This document shows positions 43,228-51,803 of a stretch of 64,000 nucleotides of DNA, in pieces. The stretch covers positions 128,001-192,000 of the forward strand of contig OZ242186.1 of NCBI GenBank assembly GCA_965205675.1, in the 5' to 3' direction. The notes beneath the pieces were generated by a model. The model saw only the letters and a list, made by a program, of their open reading frames with translations, searched no databases and was not told the DNA's origin. The stretch is from Nitrosopumilus sp. (GTDB taxonomy: Archaea; Thermoproteota; Nitrososphaeria; Nitrososphaerales; Nitrosopumilaceae). Each line of letters starts with the position of its first letter. The stretch's first letter is position 1. The translations under genes were made by a program, and so were the position numbers.

Positions 43228-44787
43228 TTGAAAAATTTCTTATTATTTGGGTTTTTGATATTATTATCTGTATTTGTCATACAACTTGATAGTGCATATG
43301 GTCATGGTGTTGGAAGTGAAACTTTTCCTCCTGTTGATCTTAACGGCAGATTTGTAACACTAGAAGTTTCATCATCACAAAGTGATCCTAAAACAAGTGA
43401 TGATCAACAAATATCAATTTCGTTAATTGATTTTGATTCAAAAATTACATTACGAGATGTTACATTTTCAATCAAATCAGAACGTGGAGAACAATTTCTT
43501 TTTGAAGATGAATTTACAGCAGATAATGGATTCATAGTTTTTAATTTTGTATCTGAAGAAATTGATTCCATAATAGTAGAGGAGGAAAATGGCGGAGGCT
43601 TTTTTGGTTCTTTATTGGGACTTGAAAGTAGAATGGTTCATGTAAAAGGTCCTAAATTAAGTGAAGGTGGATTATACAAGTTAGATGTTATTGTATTAAC
43701 AGCAGATGGATATACCAAAAAATTAGATGTACCTCTAATTTTTAATGCTGGAATCTCTATTGCTCAAACATCTAGTCATGATTTTGTTGATCCAAATTTT
43801 GGCGAGCAAAACATAGGTGTAATAACTTACTATGATGCAATTTCTAATTTCAATTATGATCATAATTCAAAAGAAATTAGTTTTTTCATGCCTTTTGATT
43901 GGACACAATCAAACATTAACCAAACTTCTGTAGTTCATGAAGAATTAGTTATTCCAAAAAATTTTGGCGATCTACTAGTATCAGGATTTACAATGCATGT
44001 TAATGGAGTGAAATTATCTGAAAATATTGTAAATATTGATGATTTTTTTACTGATGACAGAATCGTTCATTTTATTATCTATCAAAAAGAACTACAAAAT
44101 ATTTTTGATAATACTACAATTCAAAATGGCATGAATTTTACAATTAAACCAGATCGTGATTATACCCACCTAAGTTCAGTAACTAATAATGGTCAATTTA
44201 GAATTCTCGTATCATGGGAACCCGAAATTTTAAAGTCTAATTCAAATGCAAAAATATTCTTTGATGTAGCTGATATTTTCTTAAAAGATAGACCAGTTGC
44301 AACAAATTATGATTTTTCAATAACACAAAATAACAGAATTATTTTTGAACAAAGTGGAATTAGTTCTGATTCAAAAGATGTATCTAACATTGCAGAATTT
44401 ATGATACCTGATGATATTTCAGGTATTGTAAACTTGAATTTTAATAACTTAGATCATAATACTCTTGCACAGTCTACAATTCCCATTGTAATTAATAGAA
44501 TAATTACAACAAGTGATGAAATTTCATTACCTGAATGGATTAGAAGTAATGCATTATGGTGGTCACAAGACCAAATTGATGATATAACATTTATTCAAGG
44601 AATTGAATATTTAATTCAAAATAATATAATTTCAATTCCTCAAACTCAACAAACAATTTTAGAATCTCAAGAAATCCCACCTTGGATTAGAAGTAATGCA
44701 GAATGGTGGGCAAATAAACAAATTGATGACGAAACATTTGTTCAAGGTCTGGAATATCTAATTAAGAATGGAATTATTCATGTTTGA
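43228..44787 (+). CDS. Secreted HGVG-start protein with two C-terminal PxWIRSNAxWW repeats
   Basis: Start set at TTG 43228; SAYG-HGVGSE; paralog of 31470 and 41277. Confidence 0.85.
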   Translation: MKNFLLFGFLILLSVFVIQLDSAYGHGVGSETFPPVDLNGRFVTLEVSSSQSDPKTSDDQQISISLIDFDSKITLRDVTFSIKSERGEQFLFEDEFTADNGFIVFNFVSEEIDSIIVEEENGGGFFGSLLGLESRMVHVKGPKLSEGGLYKLDVIVLTADGYTKKLDVPLIFNAGISIAQTSSHDFVDPNFGEQNIGVITYYDAISNFNYDHNSKEISFFMPFDWTQSNINQTSVVHEELVIPKNFGDLLVSGFTMHVNGVKLSENIVNIDDFFTDDRIVHFIIYQKELQNIFDNTTIQNGMNFTIKPDRDYTHLSSVTNNGQFRILVSWEPEILKSNSNAKIFFDVADIFLKDRPVATNYDFSITQNNRIIFEQSGISSDSKDVSNIAEFMIPDDISGIVNLNFNNLDHNTLAQSTIPIVINRIITTSDEISLPEWIRSNALWWSQDQIDDITFIQGIEYLIQNNIISIPQTQQTILESQEIPPWIRSNAEWWANKQIDDETFVQGLEYLIKNGIIHV

Positions 44788-44841
44788 TCGGTATCTATTC
44801 GATCAATGAACCAGCCCCCTTAAATTTAGAACTTTGTAAAT

Positions 44842-45243
44842 TTGATCACTTTGCTTAGACCTGAACGTATAATTGAAAAAAAATCAACCTTGTTTTCTAT
44901 TGTTGTAACTGGCGTTGTTGCAATTTTAGCCTTGCCGATAATTATTCCTCATTTGCTACATGGTTATCATCTAGTCCACATCTTCTTGCATGTTGGAGGG
45001 ATTACTCTTGCTGTTTTTATTTCCGTATTGGCAGGAATTGCATATTACAGATTAAGAACAAAACGACTTTTACTAAGTGCAGTAGCTTTTACAAATTTTA
45101 TTGCAGCTGAATTTGTTTTACTTGTAGATGCTACATGGCCATTAATTTATGATGTTGGCGATGTGTCTCTTGGAGAAGTAGGACATTTGTTGACTTTTAT
45201 TACTCTGGGATTATTGGCATTGGGAGTGTTTAGAAATGACTGA
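44842..45243 (+). CDS. Four-TM His-rich membrane protein
   Basis: PHLLHGYHLVHIFLH loop and EVGH in the last TM; overlaps the following wHTH gene. Confidence 0.75.
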   Translation: MITLLRPERIIEKKSTLFSIVVTGVVAILALPIIIPHLLHGYHLVHIFLHVGGITLAVFISVLAGIAYYRLRTKRLLLSAVAFTNFIAAEFVLLVDATWPLIYDVGDVSLGEVGHLLTFITLGLLALGVFRND

Positions 45244-45736
45244 TAGAGATTCTCAACTACAACAAATTATTGAACAAAACCCTGGAATTCAATTCCGAGA
45301 AATTATGCGCTCTTCTGGACTAAAAAATGGAGTTCTAAGTCACTATTTAGGAAAACTAGAAAAAAATGATATCATCAAAGTTGTTCGTGGACCACGACAA
45401 TCAAGATTTTATCCACCTCAAATTACTGAAGAAGAATCTATTGTTATCAAAGCTTTACGAAAACAAACTCCACGCGATTTGTTACTTGCATTGATCAAAA
45501 ATGATGGATTAGAATTCTCTCAATTAGTTAAAGAAGTTAAAAAATCACCATCAACTGTTTCATTATATCTCTCACAAATTGTAGATGATGGATTAGTTGA
45601 GACTAGATTAGTAGAACTTAAAAAGAGATATCATATTAAAGCGAGAGATCTTATTGATAAATTAATTGAAGAATATAGACCAAGTTTACTTGAGAAACCA
45701 ACATCTGGATTCGAGGATATTATCAACTCATTTTAA
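45236..45736 (+). CDS. Double winged-helix transcriptional regulator
   Basis: NPGIQFREI..GLKNGVLSHYL..LE and LEFSQL..KSPSTVSLYL. Confidence 0.85.
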   Translation: MTDRDSQLQQIIEQNPGIQFREIMRSSGLKNGVLSHYLGKLEKNDIIKVVRGPRQSRFYPPQITEEESIVIKALRKQTPRDLLLALIKNDGLEFSQLVKEVKKSPSTVSLYLSQIVDDGLVETRLVELKKRYHIKARDLIDKLIEEYRPSLLEKPTSGFEDIINSF

Positions 45737-45764
45737 AATTTTAGTCTTAAAATTTTCTTTATCC

Positions 45765-46964
45765 ATGTTCGGTTTTATCATTCTATTATCGATATTGCCT
45801 AGTGTTTCTTTTGGGGAGGTTTATGTTCCGGATAATGAATATGTTGGTTATTTTGATTCAAATAGAATCTATACAGTTGTTGGAAACATAAAAAATACAA
45901 ATGATTATGCAATACTTCCAACAGTTACTGTATCAGTAACTGATAATTTTGAATTATATTCTAAAACAATAAGACATGTCCCATTAAGTTCAGGTGCAGA
46001 AATTCCATTTAAAATTAAATTTCCAAATGTCTCTATTGATCCTATGTTACTTCCTGCAGAATTATCATTTGAGAAAACTACTCAAAATGTAGTTTCAATA
46101 GATGTTCTTTACGATGAAACTCTTGTACAATATGATGATGGTCATCTTACTGGTAGAATTCAGAACACTGGAGAAAAAACTATTTACAATCCTAAAATTT
46201 TTGCAGTAATTCATGGTTATGATCGAATTTTAGATATTGGACAAAATATAGAGTTTATTGAAAAAATTGAACCAGGACAAATTGTTGGTTTTACAATGTA
46301 TCCGGATCCATCAATTACTGATGAAGTTTTTTACTATAGTTGTTTTGCACCTGTTGATACAACTGTAATTCCAGTTACTGCAAAGAAAAATGATGGTGAT
46401 TTTGATTTTAGATATGATTCGGGAGCTTGGTATTCAGCTGCTGAATTTGATGAAGCAGGAACAACTTTGAGTATTAGAGGTTACAATAGTTATCCTTTAG
46501 AGACCTATGCAAATTTTGAATTCTTTCCAATTTCAGGAAACGAAAAATTTGATGTTACACTTAATGATGAACCTGTAGAATTCATTCAAAGTATTGACGA
46601 GATGGGATTTTGGCACGTGGTCTTTAAGGTAGAGCCAACATCTCAAGGCATACTCAAAATTTCAGGTTTTGATAAAGGCTTACCTCCCGAATTACCAAAA
46701 ATTCCACAATGGATTAAAACTAATGCAAACTGGTGGGTAACAGATCAAATCTCTGATTCCAAATTTCTTGAAGGAGTTGATTTTTTATTTGAAAAACAAA
46801 TTATAATAATTCCTGAACGTGACGTAATTAAGCAATCACAATGGAGTATTCCTTCATGGACAAAAACTTCAGTGAGTTGGTGGTATGAAGGAAAAATTTC
46901 TGATGATGATTTTTTAAATATTATTGAAAATTTAGTAAAACGAAAAATTATTGTGATCAACTGA
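45765..46964 (+). CDS. Secreted protein with FxLYD-like Ig repeats and C-terminal IPxWIK repeats
   Basis: VVGNIKNT and LTGRIQNTG motifs; IPQWIKTNANWW and IPSWTKTSVSWW; start about 45765. Confidence 0.78.
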   Translation: MFGFIILLSILPSVSFGEVYVPDNEYVGYFDSNRIYTVVGNIKNTNDYAILPTVTVSVTDNFELYSKTIRHVPLSSGAEIPFKIKFPNVSIDPMLLPAELSFEKTTQNVVSIDVLYDETLVQYDDGHLTGRIQNTGEKTIYNPKIFAVIHGYDRILDIGQNIEFIEKIEPGQIVGFTMYPDPSITDEVFYYSCFAPVDTTVIPVTAKKNDGDFDFRYDSGAWYSAAEFDEAGTTLSIRGYNSYPLETYANFEFFPISGNEKFDVTLNDEPVEFIQSIDEMGFWHVVFKVEPTSQGILKISGFDKGLPPELPKIPQWIKTNANWWVTDQISDSKFLEGVDFLFEKQIIIIPERDVIKQSQWSIPSWTKTSVSWWYEGKISDDDFLNIIENLVKRKIIVIN

Positions 46965-47037
46965 TCCCAACATAAACCATTTAGGTAAATTTTGATGATC
47001 ATTTAGATCTACGAACAATGTCATTTAGAACAATTCT

Positions 47038-47130
47038 ATGCAATTTACAGAACTAACTAACAAGCAATGGAATATGTTACAATTACATTTGTCAAAACCA
47101 GCTAAAACTGGCTAGTAGAAATCATCTCAT
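47038..47130 (+). pseudogene. IS5-family transposase N-terminal remnant
   Basis: MQFTELTNKQWNMLQLHLSKPAKTG** fits the L(T/S)DxQW..(I/L)...LP....GRP start of IS5 transposases. Confidence 0.65.
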
Positions 47131-47434
47131 GAGATTCGTGTGTTTTTTTATTCTCTTATTTTATTTAATGTTTGGAGAATTACAAATCATATGCTTGCAA
47201 AAAATGATTCTTGTTACAAACCAACTGTAACTATACATTTACTAAAATGCTTTATTGGAATAATAATTATAAATTAATTTCCAGATAAAGAAAATAGTAT
47301 GTATCAAGCCTCACGTCTAGAATTTGTTTTTAGTTTCCATTTTTGTTCCTGATGTGATGGATGACCTTGATTCATACGAAAATATCACTTAAAATACAAG
47401 GGAAGAATTATTTTTCTATAGATTGTTGTTGTAA

Positions 47435-47737
47435 CTATCTTCTGGTAATCCAAACAAGTATTGCCAATCCAATTGTTTGAATTACATTAATTGCAAACAA
47501 ATAGTGAGATATCGTGTCTGCCGACATCATCAATGCTTTATCATCCATGTATAGCGTTGACCAAAATAATACAATTACAATATTTTGCACCATTAACAAT
47601 GCTGCAACTAAAACTAAACCGGATGTATAATATGATCTAATCACTCTCATGTTTTGAACATAAGTTGCAATTACTACTAGTAACAATGCAATGTTAAGTA
47701 ATGCAGATACAACTGCAGCTAACATAAAATCTATCAA
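47435..47737 (-). CDS. Small three-TM membrane protein paired with an HTH regulator
   Basis: Three hydrophobic helices; 27 bp downstream of the HTH gene. Confidence 0.75.
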   Translation of the reverse strand: MIDFMLAAVVSALLNIALLLVVIATYVQNMRVIRSYYTSGLVLVAALLMVQNIVIVLFWSTLYMDDKALMMSADTISHYLFAINVIQTIGLAILVWITRR

Positions 47738-47764
47738 TATGTTTCATTCCTTTGATTCGTTAAT

Positions 47765-48145
47765 TTACTTCGTTCCAATTTTTAGTATAATCTCCTCTAA
47801 AATACTTTGATTCTCTTTCATAATTTGTGTTAAATGATATTCCGCACCGTATTCTTTTTCGGCCTTTGTAACAAGCTCATTTTTTGCAAGAATTTTGACA
47901 TGGTGAATTACGGTTTTGTGATCTAAACTCAGGACTGTTGCAATCTTGTTTGCATTCATTGGGGTTTCTTTGATTAAATTGAGGATTTTTGCTCTGTTTA
48001 CACCGCCTCTTGTACCTGCAATAATTGACCAAAGTACCATTTTAAATCTTGGATTTGGTCCGCTTTGAGCACTTTCTGTTCCTGAAAATGAAAACAGTTC
48101 TTTTGGAACAAATCTTGAAAATGAAAATACAGATGAAGTTATCAT
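47765..48145 (-). CDS. ArsR-like winged-helix regulator (AGTRGGxNR type)
   Basis: WSIIAGTRGGVNRAKIL..PMNANKIA..LDHKTV.HH; start set at ATG 48145. Confidence 0.85.
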   Translation of the reverse strand: MITSSVFSFSRFVPKELFSFSGTESAQSGPNPRFKMVLWSIIAGTRGGVNRAKILNLIKETPMNANKIATVLSLDHKTVIHHVKILAKNELVTKAEKEYGAEYHLTQIMKENQSILEEIILKIGTK

Positions 48146-48212
48146 TCCAGTAAACACTAATTGTTCAGATTTGGTATCTGATATAAAAAATTCCTTTTGG
48201 GAGTTTTTGGTG

Positions 48213-48875
48213 CTATTGAGTAGATATTTCTGCACTGCCAAATAAAACACCAAAGGCTTTACACCAAATCAATACTTTGTTGTATTTACTTAGATCTGTA
48301 TCATTTGGAATCTCATAGTTTTGATTGCCACTGTTTGCTTTGAGTGTACCTAAATTCACAAAGTCTGATGCATTATCATCAGTTGACAAGTAAACATACA
48401 AGTCTGGACCATTAGTTGATTTAAAATTCTCTAATCTTAGTATGGTACTGCTATCTTCTAATGGAATTGTAAATGCGTCTCCTTGTGCATCATGAATACC
48501 ATCACCAACACCAACAAATGTTCCTACATAAGACATTGGAATCTCATCTTCCATCATAGCATCATCTTCCATCATAGCATCATCTTCCATCATAGCATCA
48601 TCTTCCATCATAGCATCATCTTCCATCATAGCATCATCTTCCATCATAGCATCATCTTCCATCATAGCATCATCTTCCATCATAGCATCATCTTCCATCA
48701 TAGCATCATCATCTTGAGCTGTAATGGCATCTTTGTTTTTTATTTCAGATTGAATTATCGCACCAGGAGGTATTGCTTCATCAATACTTGATTCTGTAAA
48801 GTATGGAGATAATGCAAATGCTGAAACTGCACCTACAACTATTATAGCAATTGTAATTACTACAAATTTGTTCAT
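48213..48875 (-). CDS. DM13-domain protein with a Met-rich repeat linker
   Basis: GTFVG...HDAQG, LRLENF..NGPDLYVYL, LKANSGNQNY, VLIWCKAFGVLFG; start set at ATG 48875. Confidence 0.9.
   Translation of the reverse strand: MNKFVVITIAIIVVGAVSAFALSPYFTESSIDEAIPPGAIIQSEIKNKDAITAQDDDAMMEDDAMMEDDAMMEDDAMMEDDAMMEDDAMMEDDAMMEDDAMMEDDAMMEDEIPMSYVGTFVGVGDGIHDAQGDAFTIPLEDSSTILRLENFKSTNGPDLYVYLSTDDNASDFVNLGTLKANSGNQNYEIPNDTDLSKYNKVLIWCKAFGVLFGSAEISTQ
48544..48705 (-). repeat. 9 x 18-bp perfect tandem repeat encoding (DAMMED)9
   Basis: Plus-strand unit TCATCTTCCATCATAGCA. Confidence 0.97.
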
Positions 48876-48892
48876 GATAAAATGATACAGTT

Positions 48893-48906
48893 TTGGTATA
48901 TACCAA
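48893..48906. promoter_or_regulatory. Perfect 14-bp palindrome TTGGTATATACCAA over the expected TATA position of the DM13 gene
   Basis: 18-31 bp upstream of ATG 48875, in the divergent DM13/dedA spacer. Confidence 0.5.
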
Positions 48907-48997
48907 CTTTTCCAGTTTTGACCCCAATCTTTAGGCGTAAAATACCTGAATCTATTCATCGTAAGGTAGTTTAATACGATTTCATTGCCAGAATCTA

Positions 48998-49525
48998 ATG
49001 GAACTTTTTGATTCTTTCTTGATATGGATTGCAAATTTTTTAGGAGACCATCTCTATGAAGGAATTTTTCTAGCAGCGTTACTTGAAACTATAGTTCCAC
49101 CAATTCCAACACTTGCAATATTCCCAACTGCGGGATTTTTAGCATCTCAGCAAGGCATCACAATATTTGGATTAATTCCCATGATAATTCTTGGCGCAAT
49201 TGGTGCTACAATTGGAACATCTGCAATTTATCTAATCGCATTAAAATTTGGACGAGTTGTTTTGTTACGTTATCTAAAGAATATAAAAATAAATGAAAAA
49301 AAATTAGAACGAGTTGAAGTTTGGTTTGAAAAATATGGTGACAGGGCAGTATTTTTAGGAAGGATGGTTCCAGTAATGAGAGAAATGATTTCAATTCCTG
49401 CAGGATTGTTAAAAATGAAAATTCCTAAATTTGTATTATATACATTTGCAGGTTCTTGTGTTTGGTCTTCTGCAACAATTTTGTCTGGATATTATTTTAG
49501 CGAGGTTTTAGGGCTTGTGCCATAG
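48998..49525 (+). CDS. DedA family membrane protein
   Basis: LETIVPPIP, AGFLA, WFEKYG..AVFLGRMVPVMR.MISIPAG. Confidence 0.92.
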   Translation: MELFDSFLIWIANFLGDHLYEGIFLAALLETIVPPIPTLAIFPTAGFLASQQGITIFGLIPMIILGAIGATIGTSAIYLIALKFGRVVLLRYLKNIKINEKKLERVEVWFEKYGDRAVFLGRMVPVMREMISIPAGLLKMKIPKFVLYTFAGSCVWSSATILSGYYFSEVLGLVP

Positions 49526-49585
49526 AATTTATAAAATTTAAAATAAAATTTCATTTTTTTAGATAAACTCTGTAATAAAATAATT

Positions 49586-49973
49586 ATATGATATGATGAA
49601 AGTGCTATTAGCAACAAAAAATATCACAACAGATTACAATTTATTTTTAATTGTATTTTCAGCATTAACACCCATCTTAACTGCTATAGATTTTGGATTA
49701 GCCGAATATCATTTTCTAAAATGAATTGCAATAATCACTGCTGTGATTGTAGCAATATCTTCATCTGTATTACGAATTTTTAAATTTCATGATAATTGGA
49801 TAACATAGAGAAATATCTGTGAAATGTTAAAAAAAGAAATTAATTTTTACGACGGTGATTCGGGAGATTATAATAATTCGGATGATAAAGAAGCAATTTT
49901 TATCCAAAATATAGAGAATTTAATTTCAAGAGAACATAATCTATGAAAAACATCTTTTAAGAAAGAAACATGA
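49586..49973 (+). pseudogene. DUF4231/SLATT-like two-TM protein pseudogene
   Basis: I*YDESAISNKKYHNRLQ [frameshift] LIVFSALTPIL...FKFHDNWIT*RNICEMLKKE...Y...FIQNIENLISREHNL*; stops fall at family W/Y positions. Confidence 0.75.
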
Positions 49974-50479
49974 TAAATTTGAACATCATATCAAAATTAC
50001 TTTAATACAAGATTAAAATGTTTATTAGAATATAGATCTCATCTACAAATTAACAACATGTGTTCAAATCTGTTAAAATTTGAATATTAAATATTCTTTG
50101 AGAGTTTATTTCGAATCTAATTTAATCTGTTTCATTATTCATCTCTATCTTATGATCTAAAACTAAAATACAAAGTTACATTGAAGTTCAAATTTAATTT
50201 ACAACGTACAAAAAACTGCGTATTGTGATGTACAAGAAATACTGTGTTTTTAGATTACTAACAATTAGATGGGTTGTGCAATTACAGGTAAAACTTAACC
50301 TTTCATTGTAATTGATTTTAAAAATGATATTGATTGTATTGTAGATAAAATTATTAAAAATGTATGAAAATGGAAAAATATTCAACTATCTGAAAAAGAT
50401 AGATCAGATACAAAAATAACTGAATAATAAAATCGATCTGTTGAAAACCGCTACTAAAACATATATCTATGTGAAATCT

Positions 50480-50690
50480 TTAAAAACATTTGCACTCTTT
50501 TGCAACACATGAGAATGGCTACCGCTCGAGATGATCCCATTCATTTTCAAAAGATGAAACCGGACACATATCTATTCGAGGATCTCCCTCAGTACCATTC
50601 TTCATCCATTTATCAGAACCATGCCGCAGTTACAAAACGAGGATCTCCCTCAATATGTTTAACGAGGATTATAGTTCTGATCATAATGTT
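50480..50690 (-). ncRNA. Putative bridge/seek RNA of the IS110 element
   Basis: Two stems (50612-19/50674-81 and 50553-58/50601-06), each closing an internal loop capped by the same 15-mer hairpin; loop strands match the flanks and element ends. Confidence 0.75.
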
Positions 50691-50693
50691 TCA

Positions 50694-51803
50694 TTATGCA
50701 TTTTTGATGCACTGGTAAAATGTCATGTTGTTTTTTAACATCCAGTAAATTATTCTCAACAGTTTGGATGCTGCTGCCACTGCAGCTTTTGATGTCCCCC
50801 TCTTTTTTGCAAGACGTTTGTAAAAATTTGTAATGGTGCTGTTTTTTGCATATCTTACATGAGAATGTACTGCCTCCACCAGAACCCAGCGTAACATGCT
50901 ACTTCCTCTTCTTGTTATGGAACCATGGCGTATGGTGTCAGCTGAGTTTCTCACCGATGGTACAATTCCTGCATATGAACACAGTTTGTGAGAATCTGAA
51001 AATCTTTCGATATTGTCAATTTCAGAGGATATGGTTAATGCAGTGAATCTTCCAACACCAGGTATTGATTCTAAGAGTTGTGCGTTAGAACCATGTTTTA
51101 GAGCATCCTTGATTCTCATGTCTGACTCTGCGATTCTATCATTGATTGATATTATCATCTTGAGATATCCATCTATTCGATAGTCATCTAATCCCAACAG
51201 TTTGTGCACATATGAATCAGAAAATGCAGTTCCTGGTATCTTGATTGCATTTTGTAAGGTTATACTGTGAATCAAATTTTTCATCCTTGTCCTGTTGCGG
51301 ACTAGTTTGGTTCTATATCTCACCAGTTGTCTTGTTTGCACGGTATCTTTTTCTGGTACATGACAAGATGAGATGTATCCTCCTCTTAGCAAATCTGCCA
51401 AGATGTGAGCATCAATCTTGTCAGTTTTTTTCTTTGCTGCTGCAATTGCTTTTGTGTGATATGGGTTTGATAGTATTACATCAAATCCTAGTTCGTCTCG
51501 CAGAAACCTAAACACGCCATACCAGACAGATGATGATTCCATTACACATTTTGAGTTTTTTGGGATTGCAGAAAATACTTTTTTGATATCCTCTCTGGTG
51601 TTTGTAATTTTTTCATTGAATAATGTATGTCCTTTATCATCCATTGTTTCGACCTGTAAGAATTCTTTGTGCAAATCAATTCCGACATAGGTCATGGGTT
51701 TTGTCTTTCTAGTCCTAATGATTTTCTTTGGTTTTTTCTTGGAGGTGTATCTTTTAGAAACTATAGAATCAGCAGTACCATCTAAATTTCGTTGTTTATT
51801 CAC
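50694..51803 (-). CDS. IS110-family DEDD recombinase/transposase, intact
   Basis: VGIDLHK (D), VMESS (E), KKTDKIDA (D, D), SIPGVG HhH, YAGIVPSVRNS catalytic Ser, G..ITRRGS..LRW; start GTG 51803 or ATG 51695. Confidence 0.96.
   Translation of the reverse strand: MNKQRNLDGTADSIVSKRYTSKKKPKKIIRTRKTKPMTYVGIDLHKEFLQVETMDDKGHTLFNEKITNTREDIKKVFSAIPKNSKCVMESSSVWYGVFRFLRDELGFDVILSNPYHTKAIAAAKKKTDKIDAHILADLLRGGYISSCHVPEKDTVQTRQLVRYRTKLVRNRTRMKNLIHSITLQNAIKIPGTAFSDSYVHKLLGLDDYRIDGYLKMIISINDRIAESDMRIKDALKHGSNAQLLESIPGVGRFTALTISSEIDNIERFSDSHKLCSYAGIVPSVRNSADTIRHGSITRRGSSMLRWVLVEAVHSHVRYAKNSTITNFYKRLAKKRGTSKAAVAAASKLLRIIYWMLKNNMTFYQCIKNA

Noticed and set aside
48483-48791. Plus-strand ORF with (IIFHHS)n
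   Set aside because: Antisense shadow of the DAMMED repeat in the DM13 gene.
49586-49973. TGA-as-Trp recoding (three TGA stops at likely Trp positions in the SLATT-like frame)
   Set aside because: The same frame also has a TAG at a Tyr position and a frameshift, and TGA is a normal stop elsewhere in the window; ordinary TGG>TGA decay explains it.
50500-50718. 72-aa plus-strand ORF in the IS110 end
   Set aside because: Overlaps the structured non-coding end and the transposase stop; no protein motif.
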